This document shows positions 38,667-49,965 of a stretch of DNA of 64,000 bases, piece by piece; positions within the stretch are counted from its first letter, which is position 1, and each line of letters opens with the position of its first letter. The DNA comes from an uncultured Oscillospiraceae bacterium (lineage in GTDB: Bacteria > Bacillota > Clostridia > Christensenellales > CAG-314), in assembly GCA_964598315.1 (NCBI GenBank), contig CAZRBI010000005.1:1052-65051 (forward strand). The letters are read 5' to 3'. Made by a program: the position numbers and the translations under genes. The notes below the pieces were generated by a model. The model made no database searches, had not been told where the DNA came from, and worked only from the letters and a program-made list of their open reading frames with translations.

Positions 38667-38816
38667 ATGGGACCTCTGGAAATAATCGTTATTGTCGCTT
38701 GCGTTGCTCTTGTTGCAACGGTGACGGTTATGTCCGTCATTCGCAAAAAGAAAAAAGGTTGCGGCAGTTGCGACAGTTGCCCCTACTGTTCTTCTTGCCA
38801 AAGCAAAAAGAAGTAG
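38667..38816 (+). CDS. FeoB-associated Cys-rich membrane protein (49 aa, not in the ORF track)
   Basis: GGAGG RBS; MGPLEIIVIVACVALVATVTVMSVIRKKKKGCGSCDSCPYCSSCQSKKK*. Confidence 0.85.
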   Translation: MGPLEIIVIVACVALVATVTVMSVIRKKKKGCGSCDSCPYCSSCQSKKK

Positions 38817-38854
38817 ACATTCGGCAAAAAAGCGTTCGCGCTCTTTTATAGGAC

Positions 38855-38899
38855 AAAAAAACAAACACTCGCAAGAGCCATAGCGAGTGTTTGTTTTTT
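38855..38899 (+). terminator. Intrinsic terminator of the feo operon
   Basis: AAAAAAACAAACACTCGC...GCGAGTGTTTGTTTTTT. Confidence 0.85.
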
Positions 38900-39042
38900 G
38901 TTGCTATAAGACGTTGAAACAAAGATTGTCTGGCAGACAAATTGTTATTATTTTCGTAAGTTTTTCAAAAATTATGTTTTTTTCAAACAAATATGATATA
39001 ATTATAAAACACTGCAAAAAAACGGTAGTGAAGGAGAGACAA

Positions 39043-40797
39043 ATGATTCTGGAAAAAATCAACTCGATTGCTGATTTGAAACGGGTACCAAAGTGCGATT
39101 TGCCGAAGCTGTGCGAAGAAATTCGAAGTGCACTTTTGACAAAATTGAGCGAACACGGTGGACACATCGGGCCCAACTTGGGCATAGTGGAAGTCACCGT
39201 TGCCATGCACTACGTGTTCAATTCGCCCGTCGACAAAATAGTGTTCGACGTTTCTCACCAGTGCTACACACACAAAATTTTGACGGGAAGAAAAGATGCT
39301 TTTCTTGTTCCGTCTTGCTACGACGACGTGAACGGATTCACTAACCCCGAGGAAAGCGAACACGACTTGTTCACCGTCGGGCACACGTCCACGGGCATTT
39401 CCCTCGCATGCGGTTTAGCAAAAGCTCGCGATTTGCTGGGACAAAAACACAACGTTTTGACCATTGTCGGCGACGGCTCGCTTTCGGGCGGCGAAGCTTA
39501 CGAAGGGCTTAACAACGTTGCCGAGCAAGGCACCAATTTTATTGCCGTTGTCAACGACAACGAAATGTCCATTGCGGAAAATCACGGTGGTTACTACAAA
39601 AACTTGGAATTGTTGCGTCAAACGAACGGTCAGGCCCAAAACAACTTGTTCAGAGCGTTGGGACTAGACTACGTCTACGCGGAAGACGGAAACGACGTGT
39701 TGGCCATGGTTGACGTTTTCGAAAAACTCAAAGATATCGATCATCCCGTCGTTTTGCACGTGCACACGCAAAAGGGCAAAGGGTTTTGGGCTGCGGAAAA
39801 CAATCGTGAAGTTTTCCATTCCGGCGGTCCGTTCTCGGTGGAGAAGGGCACCTATTTGTTTGGAAAAAAATCCGAAACGTACAACGAAATCACCTACAAC
39901 TTTTTGAAAGAAAAAATGCAAAACGATTCGTCCGTCGTGGCAATATCTTCCGCAACGCCCACTGTTTTGGCAATGAATGCCGATCGTCGCCGTCAAGCGG
40001 GCAAACAGTTTGTGGACGTAGGCATTTGCGAAGAACACGCCGTGGCATTTGCGTCAGGCATTGCCAAGGGCGGTGCAAAACCCGTCTATGCCGTTTTCAG
40101 TTCTTTCATTCAACGCAGTTTCGACCAGTTGCATCAAGATTTGGCATTGGATAACAACCCCGCAACCATTTTGGTGTTTTGGGCAAGCGTCAACGGTATG
40201 GGCGGTCCCACGCACAACGGGTTGTACGACATTGCAGAAATATCCAACATTCCCAACTTGTTGTATTTGGCCCCTACTTGTGTGGAAGAATATCTTCAAA
40301 TGTTGGATTGGTCCATCGAACAAAGACAGAAATCCGTTGTGATACGCGTTCCTCTTTTCGTTACGCACGGAGAGGCCGGCGAAGCCGATTATTTGCAAAA
40401 ACGTTGTCACGTTGTTAACCAAGGAAAAGACGTTGCAATAATTGCCGTCGGAAGTACGTTCGAAACGGCCAAAGCCGTTTGCCACAAGTTGCAGCAAAAC
40501 GGAATTGCTCCCACGTTGATAAATCCCGTTGTCGTTTCGTCGTTGGATAGCGAAGCGTTGGAAAACCTCAAACACGATCACAAACTGATTGTGACTTTGG
40601 AAGAAGGCATCGTTGAGGGCGGCTATGGACAAAAGGTTGCGTCGTACTTTGGAGACAGTGAAATCAGGGTGAAAAATTTCGGATTGGAAAAATCTTTCTT
40701 CGGCGATTATCAACCTCAAAAACTTTTGGAAGAAAACGGCCTTGTTCCGGATGCTGTGTTCAACTACGTTTTGGAAAACTTGGACAACGAAAAATAA
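39043..40797 (+). CDS. dxs: 1-deoxy-D-xylulose-5-phosphate synthase
   Basis: GGHIGPNLG, DVSHQCY, GHTST, GDGSLSGGEAYEGLNN, NDNEMSI, KGKG, DVGICEEHA. Confidence 0.93.
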   Translation: MILEKINSIADLKRVPKCDLPKLCEEIRSALLTKLSEHGGHIGPNLGIVEVTVAMHYVFNSPVDKIVFDVSHQCYTHKILTGRKDAFLVPSCYDDVNGFTNPEESEHDLFTVGHTSTGISLACGLAKARDLLGQKHNVLTIVGDGSLSGGEAYEGLNNVAEQGTNFIAVVNDNEMSIAENHGGYYKNLELLRQTNGQAQNNLFRALGLDYVYAEDGNDVLAMVDVFEKLKDIDHPVVLHVHTQKGKGFWAAENNREVFHSGGPFSVEKGTYLFGKKSETYNEITYNFLKEKMQNDSSVVAISSATPTVLAMNADRRRQAGKQFVDVGICEEHAVAFASGIAKGGAKPVYAVFSSFIQRSFDQLHQDLALDNNPATILVFWASVNGMGGPTHNGLYDIAEISNIPNLLYLAPTCVEEYLQMLDWSIEQRQKSVVIRVPLFVTHGEAGEADYLQKRCHVVNQGKDVAIIAVGSTFETAKAVCHKLQQNGIAPTLINPVVVSSLDSEALENLKHDHKLIVTLEEGIVEGGYGQKVASYFGDSEIRVKNFGLEKSFFGDYQPQKLLEENGLVPDAVFNYVLENLDNEK

Positions 40798-40811
40798 ATT
40801 TACTTCAAAGC

Positions 40812-40854
40812 AAAAGACACTTTCGAACGTTATCGTTCGGCAGTGTCTTTTTTT
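40812..40854 (+). terminator. Intrinsic terminator of dxs
   Basis: AAAAGACACT..CGAACG...CGTTCG..AGTGTC followed by a T run. Confidence 0.75.
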
Positions 40855-40879
40855 ATTCAAAAACCGAAAATAAAAATGC

Positions 40880-40908
40880 AAAAGAGTCGGCAATCTGCCG
40901 ACTCTTTT
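40880..40908 (-). terminator. Terminator of the LacI-family gene
   Basis: AAAAGAGTCGGCA-atc-TGCCGACTCTTTT. Confidence 0.8.
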
Positions 40909-40961
40909 CAAAAGCATGTTTGTTGCGTTTTCTGCACACCGTGTGCAAGATTTTTGTGTTT

Positions 40962-41897
40962 TCAGTAGTGTTCCACCAAATCCACGGGTATGGTTATTTT
41001 GGGTTCCACGTGCACTCGTTGCAACATTTGCAACATGCTGTATGCGGCAGTGGTGCCCCAGTGTGCGTGGTCTGCTTTTGCCGTGATATATCTGGAGTCT
41101 CCCGGCGAAGCAAGGCCGTCGAATCCCGTCACCCACACTTTGTCGGCCATGTTGGCCTTTTTCAATCCGTCAATCACGCCGAAAGCCATTTCGTCGTTGG
41201 CGCAGATGATGGCGTCGGGCAGTTTTTCCAACCCCAAAAGAAAACGAGAAACGTTCAAGCCGCTGTCACGGGTGAAGTCGCCCTGAATTTCAATCACGTT
41301 GCGTCGCGGCAACATTGCTTCGCTCACTGCTTTCAAAAATCCTTCGTATCTTGCAGCGCTTTCGTAGGACGTCGACGGACCTTTGACAAAAGCAAAGCTT
41401 TTTGTGCCTTTTTCAATTGCCGCTTTGGTCACAAGGTAGCCGCCTTGGCGGTTGTCCAACGTGACGTTCACAGCTCCGTTCATCAGCAAATCTCTGTCCA
41501 TCAAAACAACGGGAATGCGTCTGTTGGTAACGTCGACAATGGCTTCGTTCGGAACTTGCGAGTTCAGCATAAAAAGCCCGTCCATCCACTTTATTTTGGA
41601 AATGTTTGTTCCGACGTAGAGCATAAGTTCGCAGTTGCTCACGTTCAACACGTTGCGAATAGCCTTGTTCAATTCGGTGTAGATATCTCCGCTTATACTG
41701 TTCACGCATAAAACAAGTTGTTTCAAGTAGCCTGAGCCGCTTTTGTGTCCGCTTTTTCCGTGATAACCCATTTCTTGTGCAGCGGTAAATATTTTGTGTT
41801 TTGTTTCGTCCGGTATGCGCGGATCGTTGTTCAACGCGTAGGAAACGGTGGAAGTGGCGACACCCACCTTTTCGGCTATTTCTTTTATCGTTACCAT
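40962..41897 (-). CDS. LacI-family transcriptional regulator
   Basis: TIKEIAEKVGVATSTVSYALN HTH; IPVVLMDR, DNRQGG, CANDEMAFG, VTGFDG. Confidence 0.93.
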   Translation of the reverse strand: MVTIKEIAEKVGVATSTVSYALNNDPRIPDETKHKIFTAAQEMGYHGKSGHKSGSGYLKQLVLCVNSISGDIYTELNKAIRNVLNVSNCELMLYVGTNISKIKWMDGLFMLNSQVPNEAIVDVTNRRIPVVLMDRDLLMNGAVNVTLDNRQGGYLVTKAAIEKGTKSFAFVKGPSTSYESAARYEGFLKAVSEAMLPRRNVIEIQGDFTRDSGLNVSRFLLGLEKLPDAIICANDEMAFGVIDGLKKANMADKVWVTGFDGLASPGDSRYITAKADHAHWGTTAAYSMLQMLQRVHVEPKITIPVDLVEHY

Positions 41898-41931
41898 GTC
41901 TCACCTGCCGTTTTCGGTGTTTTTCGAGGCT

Positions 41932-41960
41932 ATTATACTAATTGCGCGCAACAATGTCAA
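41932..41960 (-). promoter_or_regulatory. SigA promoter of the LacI-family gene
   Basis: Minus strand TTGACA-N17-TATAAT. Confidence 0.8.
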
Positions 41961-42001
41961 CTTTTCAATTGGATTTCAACAATTTAACTTACAAATAGGT
42001 C

Positions 42002-42030
42002 TAGAAATTTGCCGTGATACAAGGTATAAT
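42002..42030 (+). promoter_or_regulatory. Putative promoter of the glycan operon (weak -35)
   Basis: TAGAAA-N17-TATAAT. Confidence 0.5.
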
Positions 42031-42122
42031 TAAGTTAACAATGCAAAATGTGCCCATTTTGCAGTCTATTTTGCTGTAAAAAAGATTTTTTGCGTTGAAA
42101 GTATTGAAAAAAAGAGGATAGT

Positions 42123-44465
42123 ATGACAAAGCAGTATGGTCATTTTGAAAAGGGCGGAAAGGAGTTTGTTATAACCGATCCGCACACCCCTCGTCCGTGG
42201 ATTAACGTCATTTCCAACGGCGACTACTCCGTGTTGATTTCCCAAACGGGCGGCGGCTACAGTTTTCGTGGCAATGCCGAACAAAATCGTCTCACACGCA
42301 GTTTTCAAGATATTGTCAAAGATAACTGGGGCAAATATTTCTATTTGCGCGATAAGGATTCCGGCAAAGTGTGGAGTGCCGCGTGGATGCCGTTGAAAAA
42401 CGACGTCGATACCTATTCCGTGCGTCATGGTTTGGGCTACACGGTTATCACTCGCGAAAGTTACGGCGTTCGCAGCGAACTAACGCTTTTTGTGTCTCCG
42501 GAAAACCCGTTTGAGTACATGTCGTTGAAGTTGACTGACCTGAGCGGGCAAAACCGCAGATTGGATGTCACCGGATATTTCGAATGGGCGTGCGGAATAG
42601 CCTACGATACGCACAGAGAATTTCAGCGCTTGTTCTACGATTGTCGTTTCAATCAAGATTTGAATGCAATCGTTGTAAACAAGTGTTTGTGGGGCTTCCC
42701 CGATAGCAAGGGACGTTGGAACAACGACGATTGGCCCTACACGGCGTTTTTCACTTGCAACAGAAAGGTGCAGTCCTTCGATTGCGACAAAGAAACTTTC
42801 ATCGGAATGTATCGCGACGAAAAAGAAGCGTTGGCATTGGAAAAGGACAATTTGGCGTGTTCGCAAGGTCGTTATTGCGATCCCGTCGGTGCGCTTCGCG
42901 TGGATATCGATTTGGACGCCGGCCAAAGCGAAACGGTGGTGTTCTCCGTCGGTTTTGCAAAAAAAGATTGTGAAGACTGGCAACAACTGGTTGCGCAATG
43001 CAACGTTGAACAATGCAATTTGCAATTGGAACAGGTGCAACGCAAGTGGAACAACCTGCTGGAAGCGGAAAAGACGGAAACTCCGGACAGCGAGTTCGAC
43101 GTGATGACAAACTACTGGTGCAAATATCAGGCATTGTCTTGTCGTATGTGGGCAAAAGCCGCCTACTACCAAATTTCCGGCGGTATCGGTTTCCGCGATC
43201 AATTGCAAGACAGCCTGATCGGCCTGGAAAGCGATCCTCAAATAACGCGCAAACAAATTTTGTTGCACGCAAGCAAGCAATTCGTGCGTGGCGACGTTCT
43301 GCATTGGTGGCTCACATACAACAACGCAGGTCCTCGCACAAAATGTTCCGACGACTTTTTGTGGTTGCCGTTTGCCGTCGATGCGTATATCGAAGAAACG
43401 GCCGACTTTTCGGTGTTGGACGAAAAGGTGAGATATTTGGATGGAGAAGAAGCCTCCGTTTATCAACATTGCAAGGCCGCTATCGACTACAGTTTGTCCA
43501 ATTTCTCGCCGAGAGGCATTCCTCTTATGGGTGACCACGATTGGAACGACGGACTTTCCGCAGTCGGCAACGATATGAAAGGCGAAAGCTTCTGGGTTGC
43601 GGAATTTTTGTACTACATTTTGCGTCGTTTTGACAAATACGTTGTGCTTAAAGGTGAAAACGACTATGCAAAAACGTTGGCTCAACGCGCAGACAAGTTG
43701 AAGACGGATTTCAACGAATACGGTTGGGACGGCGAATGGTTCTTGCAAGCAACCAACGATCTTGGCGAAAAAATCGGTAGCAAGGATTGCGAGCGTGGCA
43801 AAATCTTTTTGAATCCTCAAATTTGGGCAGTTATTTCCGATATCACCACCGAGGAACGCAAAGTGAAGGCAATGCAAGCGGTGGAAAAATATTTGCTCAA
43901 AGATTACGGTGCACTGTTGCTTGCCCCCGAGTACGACCAACCCAACAGCAACATCGGATATATCACCAGATATGCTCCCGGCTTGCGCGAAAACGGCGGT
44001 GTCTACACTCACGCGGCAACGTGGGCAGTTTGGGCCTATTCGTTGTTGGGACAAAACGAACTGGCCTACAAAGCTTATTCATCGCTTTGTCCGCCCAAAC
44101 GCAAGGATAGCGACAACTACAAGACGGAGCCTTACGTTTTGCCCGGCAACTCCGACGGTCCCACTTCTCCATATTTCGGAAAGGCCGGTTGGTCTTGGTA
44201 CACAGGTTCCGCACAGTGGTTGCACAACGTTGCGGTGCGCAGAATTTTGGGTATCGTTCCCGTGGAAAGCGGACTTAAAATCAATCCGTGCATTCCGTCT
44301 CATTGGAACGGATTCCGACACGTTCGTCATTTCCGCAATGCTGTCTACAACATAACCGTTCGCAGAACGGGGGAACGCACTCTCACGGTGGACGGCAAAA
44401 CGGTGGACGGCGACGTCGTGCCTCAATTCGCAAACGGCGAACACGAAGTGGTGTACACGTTCTAA
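42123..44465 (+). CDS. GH94 glycoside phosphorylase
   Basis: TPRPWINVISN, HGLGYT, YQISGGIGFRDQLQD, DWNDG (catalytic Asp), GESFW, RENGGVYTHAA, WYTGSAQW. Confidence 0.93.
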   Translation: MTKQYGHFEKGGKEFVITDPHTPRPWINVISNGDYSVLISQTGGGYSFRGNAEQNRLTRSFQDIVKDNWGKYFYLRDKDSGKVWSAAWMPLKNDVDTYSVRHGLGYTVITRESYGVRSELTLFVSPENPFEYMSLKLTDLSGQNRRLDVTGYFEWACGIAYDTHREFQRLFYDCRFNQDLNAIVVNKCLWGFPDSKGRWNNDDWPYTAFFTCNRKVQSFDCDKETFIGMYRDEKEALALEKDNLACSQGRYCDPVGALRVDIDLDAGQSETVVFSVGFAKKDCEDWQQLVAQCNVEQCNLQLEQVQRKWNNLLEAEKTETPDSEFDVMTNYWCKYQALSCRMWAKAAYYQISGGIGFRDQLQDSLIGLESDPQITRKQILLHASKQFVRGDVLHWWLTYNNAGPRTKCSDDFLWLPFAVDAYIEETADFSVLDEKVRYLDGEEASVYQHCKAAIDYSLSNFSPRGIPLMGDHDWNDGLSAVGNDMKGESFWVAEFLYYILRRFDKYVVLKGENDYAKTLAQRADKLKTDFNEYGWDGEWFLQATNDLGEKIGSKDCERGKIFLNPQIWAVISDITTEERKVKAMQAVEKYLLKDYGALLLAPEYDQPNSNIGYITRYAPGLRENGGVYTHAATWAVWAYSLLGQNELAYKAYSSLCPPKRKDSDNYKTEPYVLPGNSDGPTSPYFGKAGWSWYTGSAQWLHNVAVRRILGIVPVESGLKINPCIPSHWNGFRHVRHFRNAVYNITVRRTGERTLTVDGKTVDGDVVPQFANGEHEVVYTF

Positions 44466-44540
44466 CGGAAACTTTTCATCGCCGTTCTCGTGAAAGAGAC
44501 GTGTCGATGGATTTCAATATAACAAAAAAAGGAGTCAACT

Positions 44541-45917
44541 ATGAAAAAAACAGCATTATTTGTTGCGTTGATCATGTTGCTTTGCTGCGCTTGCGGACTT
44601 TTGGCCGCTTGCGGCGGAGAACACTACGATCTCTCCTATGCAACTTGGAACTTGGGCAACGAAGCAGACAATAACATCGAAAGACAAATGATCAAAGCTT
44701 TCGAAGAAAAGTATAACGTCAAGGTGAAAATCGAAGAGGACATCAGTCTTACCGCCTACGAAGATTCTATCCGAGCAATGGCAGTCAAAAACAAAATGCC
44801 CGACGTGTTCATGTTGTCCAACTTGAACTTCGGTTTGAAAGAACGCTACGTTTCCGATATCAGCGACCTTGTGGCAGCAGATACATCGGGCGATTGGAAC
44901 AACATTCCCACGCCCATTGAAGAAGCGGTGCATTTCAAAGACGGTATCTACGCAGCACCTTTTGCAATGCACATGGCAGGCTACTTTGTAAACGTAGATT
45001 TGCTCGAACAGTACAATCTCAACGGTTTTTTGGAAGAGGAAATCACTTGGGAAAGTTTCTACAACGTAGTCAAAACGATGGCTAACTACAAGAGCGAAGG
45101 CGTTATCGGCCTCAGCCACGAAAGCACCATCATCGAATGGTATCCCGCATCCGTCAACGAAAACTACGGTTGGTTCACGTGGGACGGCTCCGAATATCAC
45201 CTCGACAGCAACGAATTTAAAGATGCAATTGCTAAAACGGCCGATTTGCGTGCCAACAAGTACACCTACGACAGTTTGACGGAAGAAGACCGTGCAGAAT
45301 ATTTCGAAGGCGTCGACGGCTACACCTCGTTGTGGGATAGCGGTTGTCTTGCAATTCGTTGGGGCTACACCTACGAAATTCCCGATATGTTGGACAAAAA
45401 CGGCGGCGATTTCGAAATCAAATTCATCGGCGTTCCCGGCGATCGCACACCTATCATCGGCGACTATCTTGCAATATCCAGTGTTTGCGAAAATCGCGAA
45501 CTTGCCTATGAGTTTGTCAAATGGATGAGTTTCGATCCCGCAGGAATTCGTGAACGTATTTCTCGCGACAACGACGTCACAAACACGTTGCCCATCACGG
45601 TAGATTCGGAAATCGTAAACGAATATTTCGAAAAATTCGACACCGTCGAAGGCCTCAAAGAGAAGTACGCTTCTTTGAGCGAAGGTATCGTTGAATCTGT
45701 CAAAGTCGTTCCCGGCTACACACGTTCCAGATGGCTTGCTCTGACAGGACTTTCCGTTACCGTTCAGGGAGAAACCTATGGCAACGTCCAAATCGGTCAA
45801 TTGTTGGATTGGTGCTGGTTGGGCGAATTGCAATATGCCGACTACGCCGTCGACTGTGACGCACTTGCCGACAGACAGTACGGCAATGCAATCAAGGAAT
45901 ATGCCGATTTCTACTAA
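44541..45917 (+). CDS. Sugar ABC transporter solute-binding lipoprotein
   Basis: Lipobox LAAC; MPDVF, YAAP, VNVDLLE, ELAYEFVKWM. Confidence 0.9.
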   Translation: MKKTALFVALIMLLCCACGLLAACGGEHYDLSYATWNLGNEADNNIERQMIKAFEEKYNVKVKIEEDISLTAYEDSIRAMAVKNKMPDVFMLSNLNFGLKERYVSDISDLVAADTSGDWNNIPTPIEEAVHFKDGIYAAPFAMHMAGYFVNVDLLEQYNLNGFLEEEITWESFYNVVKTMANYKSEGVIGLSHESTIIEWYPASVNENYGWFTWDGSEYHLDSNEFKDAIAKTADLRANKYTYDSLTEEDRAEYFEGVDGYTSLWDSGCLAIRWGYTYEIPDMLDKNGGDFEIKFIGVPGDRTPIIGDYLAISSVCENRELAYEFVKWMSFDPAGIRERISRDNDVTNTLPITVDSEIVNEYFEKFDTVEGLKEKYASLSEGIVESVKVVPGYTRSRWLALTGLSVTVQGETYGNVQIGQLLDWCWLGELQYADYAVDCDALADRQYGNAIKEYADFY

Positions 45918-45985
45918 AATCGTCGTATCTGCGATGCAGGTCATCGCAAAAAAATACTATTTCTAACAATAGTGCGGTAATTTTT

Positions 45986-48850
45986 ATGAAAAAACTTCAA
46001 CTAATATTCATAATGCTGTTTTTGATCAGCACGACGATGTTGTTGTTCGGATGCAACAATGCAACCTACGTATTTGTTCAAGAACAAACGTTGTCGAAGG
46101 TGCAAACTTCTGCCACCGACACCGTTGCGGAATGCACGGTGATCTCCGGTGGCGAAGAATACGTCGATCAGGACTTGGGCACGGTTCGCAAGCTTAAACG
46201 CGGCGATACCGTCACGTTGGAAGCGGATTTGTCCCGTGCGGACAGTCTTTCTCTCGTCGTGACCTACTACGTGTTGCATAACGGGCTCAACAACAGCGAA
46301 ATATCCGTTTCCGTCAACGGCAACGAAGTGCTTGCGCGTGCGTCGTTGCCCGCGTTGTGGAAAAACGAAAGCAACGAATTTGCTCGCGACAGCTACGGCA
46401 ACGAGGTGACGCCCACTCAGACGAAAATCGAAGAATGGGTAACTGCCGAACTTTACGGCTACGATTGTTCGACGGTGCTTGCTCCGGTGTTCGAATTTCA
46501 AAGCGGCAAGAACGTGGTGCAATTCACGGTTATTGCAGGCGGCGAATTTTTGATTGGTAACGTCAAGTTGGCGGCAGTTCAGATGCCCGAATCCTACGCA
46601 GACTATGCCCAAAAATATCAGTCGGCACAAGTCGGAAGCGGTGTTGTTGTGCAAGAAGCGGAATTTTTCGCCAGCAAAAACAACACAATGGCCATTCCCG
46701 TTGCATCGGGAGATATCAACACCACCGGTTACGAAACCTACACAGCAAAGCTCAACGTGCTGTCCGGTTTGACCACGGCGTATCAAACGGTAAGTTACAA
46801 AATGATTGCCGAAACGGACGGATTGTACAATTTGTCTGTCAACTATAAAAACGGCGATGCAAACAAAACGACTTTTGCCAAAATCACCGTGGACGGAAAA
46901 ACTCCGTTCAAAGAGTTGTTGATTTACCCGTTCCCGCAAAATTCTTCCTACGAAGAACACGTTTTGGGCGGAGACAGTCCGTATGCAATCTGGTTGGAAA
47001 AAGGCGAACACGTGATAACTTTCAAAATCGACTGTTCGCAAACCGTTGAAAGCACCGATAAACTGGGTGACATCGTCGGCGAATTGAACGATATATATTT
47101 GGATTTGAAAAAAATTGCAGGTACCGTTCAAGACAACAATCGTGAATGGGATCCGGAAAACGACTTCCCCGGCGTTGTGGAAAAACTGAAAAAAATCTAT
47201 CGTCAACTCGGAGAAATAAACGACGAGTTGAAACTCGTCAACGGCACGGATGTCAACTACGAAGCATTGGTGTTCATACAGACGGCACAAAAATCCATCG
47301 GCGGATTGTTGGATGACCCCTACGATATTCCCAACAACTATTCGACGCTTTCCGAGGGAAGCGGATCGATCGTTCAAACAATTGCAAATGCTCGCAACGG
47401 CATTTTAAGCACACCTCTGGATTTGGACAAAGTCATTTTGCATCCTGCAGGAAGCCCAAGCGGTGTTGAGCGTCACGGCGGATTCTACGGATTTTGTGAA
47501 GGTGTAAAACGGTTTTTCCACAGTTTCGTGGCAGATTATTCCGTAACCACCGATGACGAAAAAACAATTCAAGTTTGGGTGGCTCGTCCGTCAACCTACG
47601 TCAATTTGATGCAACAGATGATGGATGCATCGGATTTTGAAAAAACAACCGGCTACACCGTACGTTTTTCCGTGTTGGCAGACGAAGGAAAACTGATTTT
47701 GTCAAATGCGGCCAACATCGCACCCCATGCGGTGATGGGCATAAGCAACTGGTTGCCCTATGAAATGGGCATTCGCGATATCACGGTGGACCTCACGCAA
47801 TATTCCGACTACGGCCAAGTTATCTCTCGTTTCTCGGAAGGCGCAATGATCAGTCTTATTGCCGACGGTAAGGGTTTAGCTTTGCCGGAAACACAAGACT
47901 TCTACGTGATGTACTACCGCAAGGACATTTTGGAAAAGTATGGCATAGATTTGCCCGATACATGGGAAGACGTGATAGGCATTTTGCCAAAATTGCAACG
48001 TTACGGCCTGAATTTCTACCTTCCGTTGTCCGGTTCCACATCGTCCAAATCGATCATGACGACGGCGCCGTTCATCTATCAGTACGGTGGCACGTTGTTC
48101 AGCGCAGATGCAACCAAAACTACCATTGCCGACGAAAACAGTTTGAACGCAATCAAATTGATGACGGAATTGTACACGTTGTACGGTTTGCCACAACAAA
48201 TCAGCAGCTTTTTCGACAGTTTCCGCAACGGCAGCTTGCCGATAGGCATATCCACTTTCGACACCTACGTTCGTTTGTCGATAGCCGCTCCGGAAATTCA
48301 AGGTAAATGGGGCATTGCGTTGTCGCCGGGTGTTTTGAACGAAGAAACCGGTGTCGTCGAACGTTGGCAAACGGGTAGCGCAACAAGTATGACTTTGATA
48401 AAAAGCGGCAGCGACGAAAAAGATGCTGCCGGCTGGGAGTTGTTGAAGTGGTGGTCTTCTGCGGAAGTTCAAACGGAATTCATGAACAAACTCACAATGC
48501 TTTTCGGCAAGAGTTACATTTGGAACAGTGCCAATTTGGAAGCATTCAACAATTCCATCGTATTCTCCGAAGAAGATAAGGAAATCATTCTCAACCAATG
48601 GGAATGGATGCGTGAAATTCCTAAAGTACCCGGTTGGTACATGTTGGAAAGAGAACTTTCCAACGCTTGGAACAAAATAGTTATCGACGGAGAGAACACA
48701 CGGTCGGTAATTGAAAACGCCGTCACGACGATAGACAAAGAATTGATACGAAAACTGGAAGAATTCGGGTACTACAAGGACGGCAAACTGGTGAAAGAGT
48801 ACACGCTCACAACGCTAGACTATATCAAAAAAATCAAGGCTAACTCATGA
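45986..48850 (+). CDS. Large (954 aa) solute-binding lipoprotein with N-terminal CBM-like beta-sandwich domains
   Basis: Lipobox LFGC; EAE..GLYNL..Y and [11 protein letters not shown]-like motifs; C-terminal SBP with [30 protein letters not shown]. Confidence 0.85.
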   Translation: MKKLQLIFIMLFLISTTMLLFGCNNATYVFVQEQTLSKVQTSATDTVAECTVISGGEEYVDQDLGTVRKLKRGDTVTLEADLSRADSLSLVVTYYVLHNGLNNSEISVSVNGNEVLARASLPALWKNESNEFARDSYGNEVTPTQTKIEEWVTAELYGYDCSTVLAPVFEFQSGKNVVQFTVIAGGEFLIGNVKLAAVQMPESYADYAQKYQSAQVGSGVVVQEAEFFASKNNTMAIPVASGDINTTGYETYTAKLNVLSGLTTAYQTVSYKMIAETDGLYNLSVNYKNGDANKTTFAKITVDGKTPFKELLIYPFPQNSSYEEHVLGGDSPYAIWLEKGEHVITFKIDCSQTVESTDKLGDIVGELNDIYLDLKKIAGTVQDNNREWDPENDFPGVVEKLKKIYRQLGEINDELKLVNGTDVNYEALVFIQTAQKSIGGLLDDPYDIPNNYSTLSEGSGSIVQTIANARNGILSTPLDLDKVILHPAGSPSGVERHGGFYGFCEGVKRFFHSFVADYSVTTDDEKTIQVWVARPSTYVNLMQQMMDASDFEKTTGYTVRFSVLADEGKLILSNAANIAPHAVMGISNWLPYEMGIRDITVDLTQYSDYGQVISRFSEGAMISLIADGKGLALPETQDFYVMYYRKDILEKYGIDLPDTWEDVIGILPKLQRYGLNFYLPLSGSTSSKSIMTTAPFIYQYGGTLFSADATKTTIADENSLNAIKLMTELYTLYGLPQQISSFFDSFRNGSLPIGISTFDTYVRLSIAAPEIQGKWGIALSPGVLNEETGVVERWQTGSATSMTLIKSGSDEKDAAGWELLKWWSSAEVQTEFMNKLTMLFGKSYIWNSANLEAFNNSIVFSEEDKEIILNQWEWMREIPKVPGWYMLERELSNAWNKIVIDGENTRSVIENAVTTIDKELIRKLEEFGYYKDGKLVKEYTLTTLDYIKKIKANS

Positions 48851-49794
48851 AAAACAAGGAAAAACTACTCAGACCGTTAGGCAACAGAACGCTTAACAGG
48901 GAAAAACAAAAAAGCAAAAGGTCGGGAATAACCACCGCCTTGTTGATTTTGCCGTACGCATTGTCGTTCACGGTGTTCATTGTGTTGCCCGTAATTTTGG
49001 CAATTGGCTTGTCTTTCACCGATTTCGACAGCGTTTCATCCCCGAATTTTGTGGGGTTGACAGGTTACATTCGCTTGCTTACGGAAGACGACGTGTTCAT
49101 GCAAAAAGTTTTGCCAAACACAATCAAGTTTGCATTGATTGCAGGGCCTGCGGGCTATCTTTTGTCCTTTATTCTTGCTTGGATGTTGGCACAAATCCCC
49201 AAGGGACCGCGCACCGTGTTGGCGTTGCTCATCTATTCGCCGTCACTCACCAGCGGTGTTGCAATGCAAGTGGTGTGGACAACTATTTTCAGCGGAGACC
49301 CCAACGGCTATTTGAATGCCATTTTGCTGAAAATGGGCGTTATCAACGAAGCTGTTCAGTGGTTGCAAAGCAGTGACTATTTGATGACAATCATGATTAT
49401 CGTCACGATATGGTCCAGCATGGGCGTCGGATTTTTGGCAATGCTTTCGGGTATTTTGAATATAGACCCGCAATTGTACGAAGCGGCCTATATGGACGGA
49501 ATGAAAAACCGCGTTCAAGAAATATTGTACGTCACAATTCCTTCCATGAAACCGCAACTGTTGTTCGGTGCAGTCATGGCTGTGGTAAGCACCTTCCAAG
49601 CAGGTTCTATCGGCGTTCAGCTTTCCGGCTCCAACCCGACACCCAACTATTCGGGACAGTTGATCATCAACCACATCGAGGACTACGGCTACATTCGTTA
49701 CGAAATGGGCTATGCCGCGGCAATATCAGTGGTGTTGCTGTTGCTCATATACGTTATCAGCAAAGTCATTCGCAAAGTATTAAGTGACGACTAG
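48847..49794 (+). CDS. Carbohydrate ABC permease (MalF-like)
   Basis: [12 protein letters not shown] motif, TIPSMKP, MGYAAA. Confidence 0.93.
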   Translation: MKNKEKLLRPLGNRTLNREKQKSKRSGITTALLILPYALSFTVFIVLPVILAIGLSFTDFDSVSSPNFVGLTGYIRLLTEDDVFMQKVLPNTIKFALIAGPAGYLLSFILAWMLAQIPKGPRTVLALLIYSPSLTSGVAMQVVWTTIFSGDPNGYLNAILLKMGVINEAVQWLQSSDYLMTIMIIVTIWSSMGVGFLAMLSGILNIDPQLYEAAYMDGMKNRVQEILYVTIPSMKPQLLFGAVMAVVSTFQAGSIGVQLSGSNPTPNYSGQLIINHIEDYGYIRYEMGYAAAISVVLLLLIYVISKVIRKVLSDD

Positions 49795-49803
49795 TTTTTT
49801 GCT

Positions 49804-49833
49804 TCCGTCGCGGAAAATCTTTTCCGCGACGGA
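49804..49833. repeat. Strong intra-operon inverted repeat
   Basis: TCCGTCGCGGAAAA-tc-TTTTCCGCGACGGA; no U-tract 3' of the stem on either strand. Confidence 0.8.
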
Positions 49834-49965
49834 CCAAGTCGTCGAATTGTGTGCTTTGCCCAAAAGCACAGTGCTACAATTCCGGTAGCACTACGCTTTT
49901 CGGCAAACAGGTTGCCGCAGTGCAACGAGTTGTCCGTCATGCAAATATTTCAAAAGAGGTACGTT

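Noticed and set aside
42480-47377. Long antisense ORFs opposite the GH94 and SBP genes (524, 462 and 458 aa)
   Set aside because: Shadow ORFs rich in V/F/D/G with no motifs; the + strand genes are clearly real.
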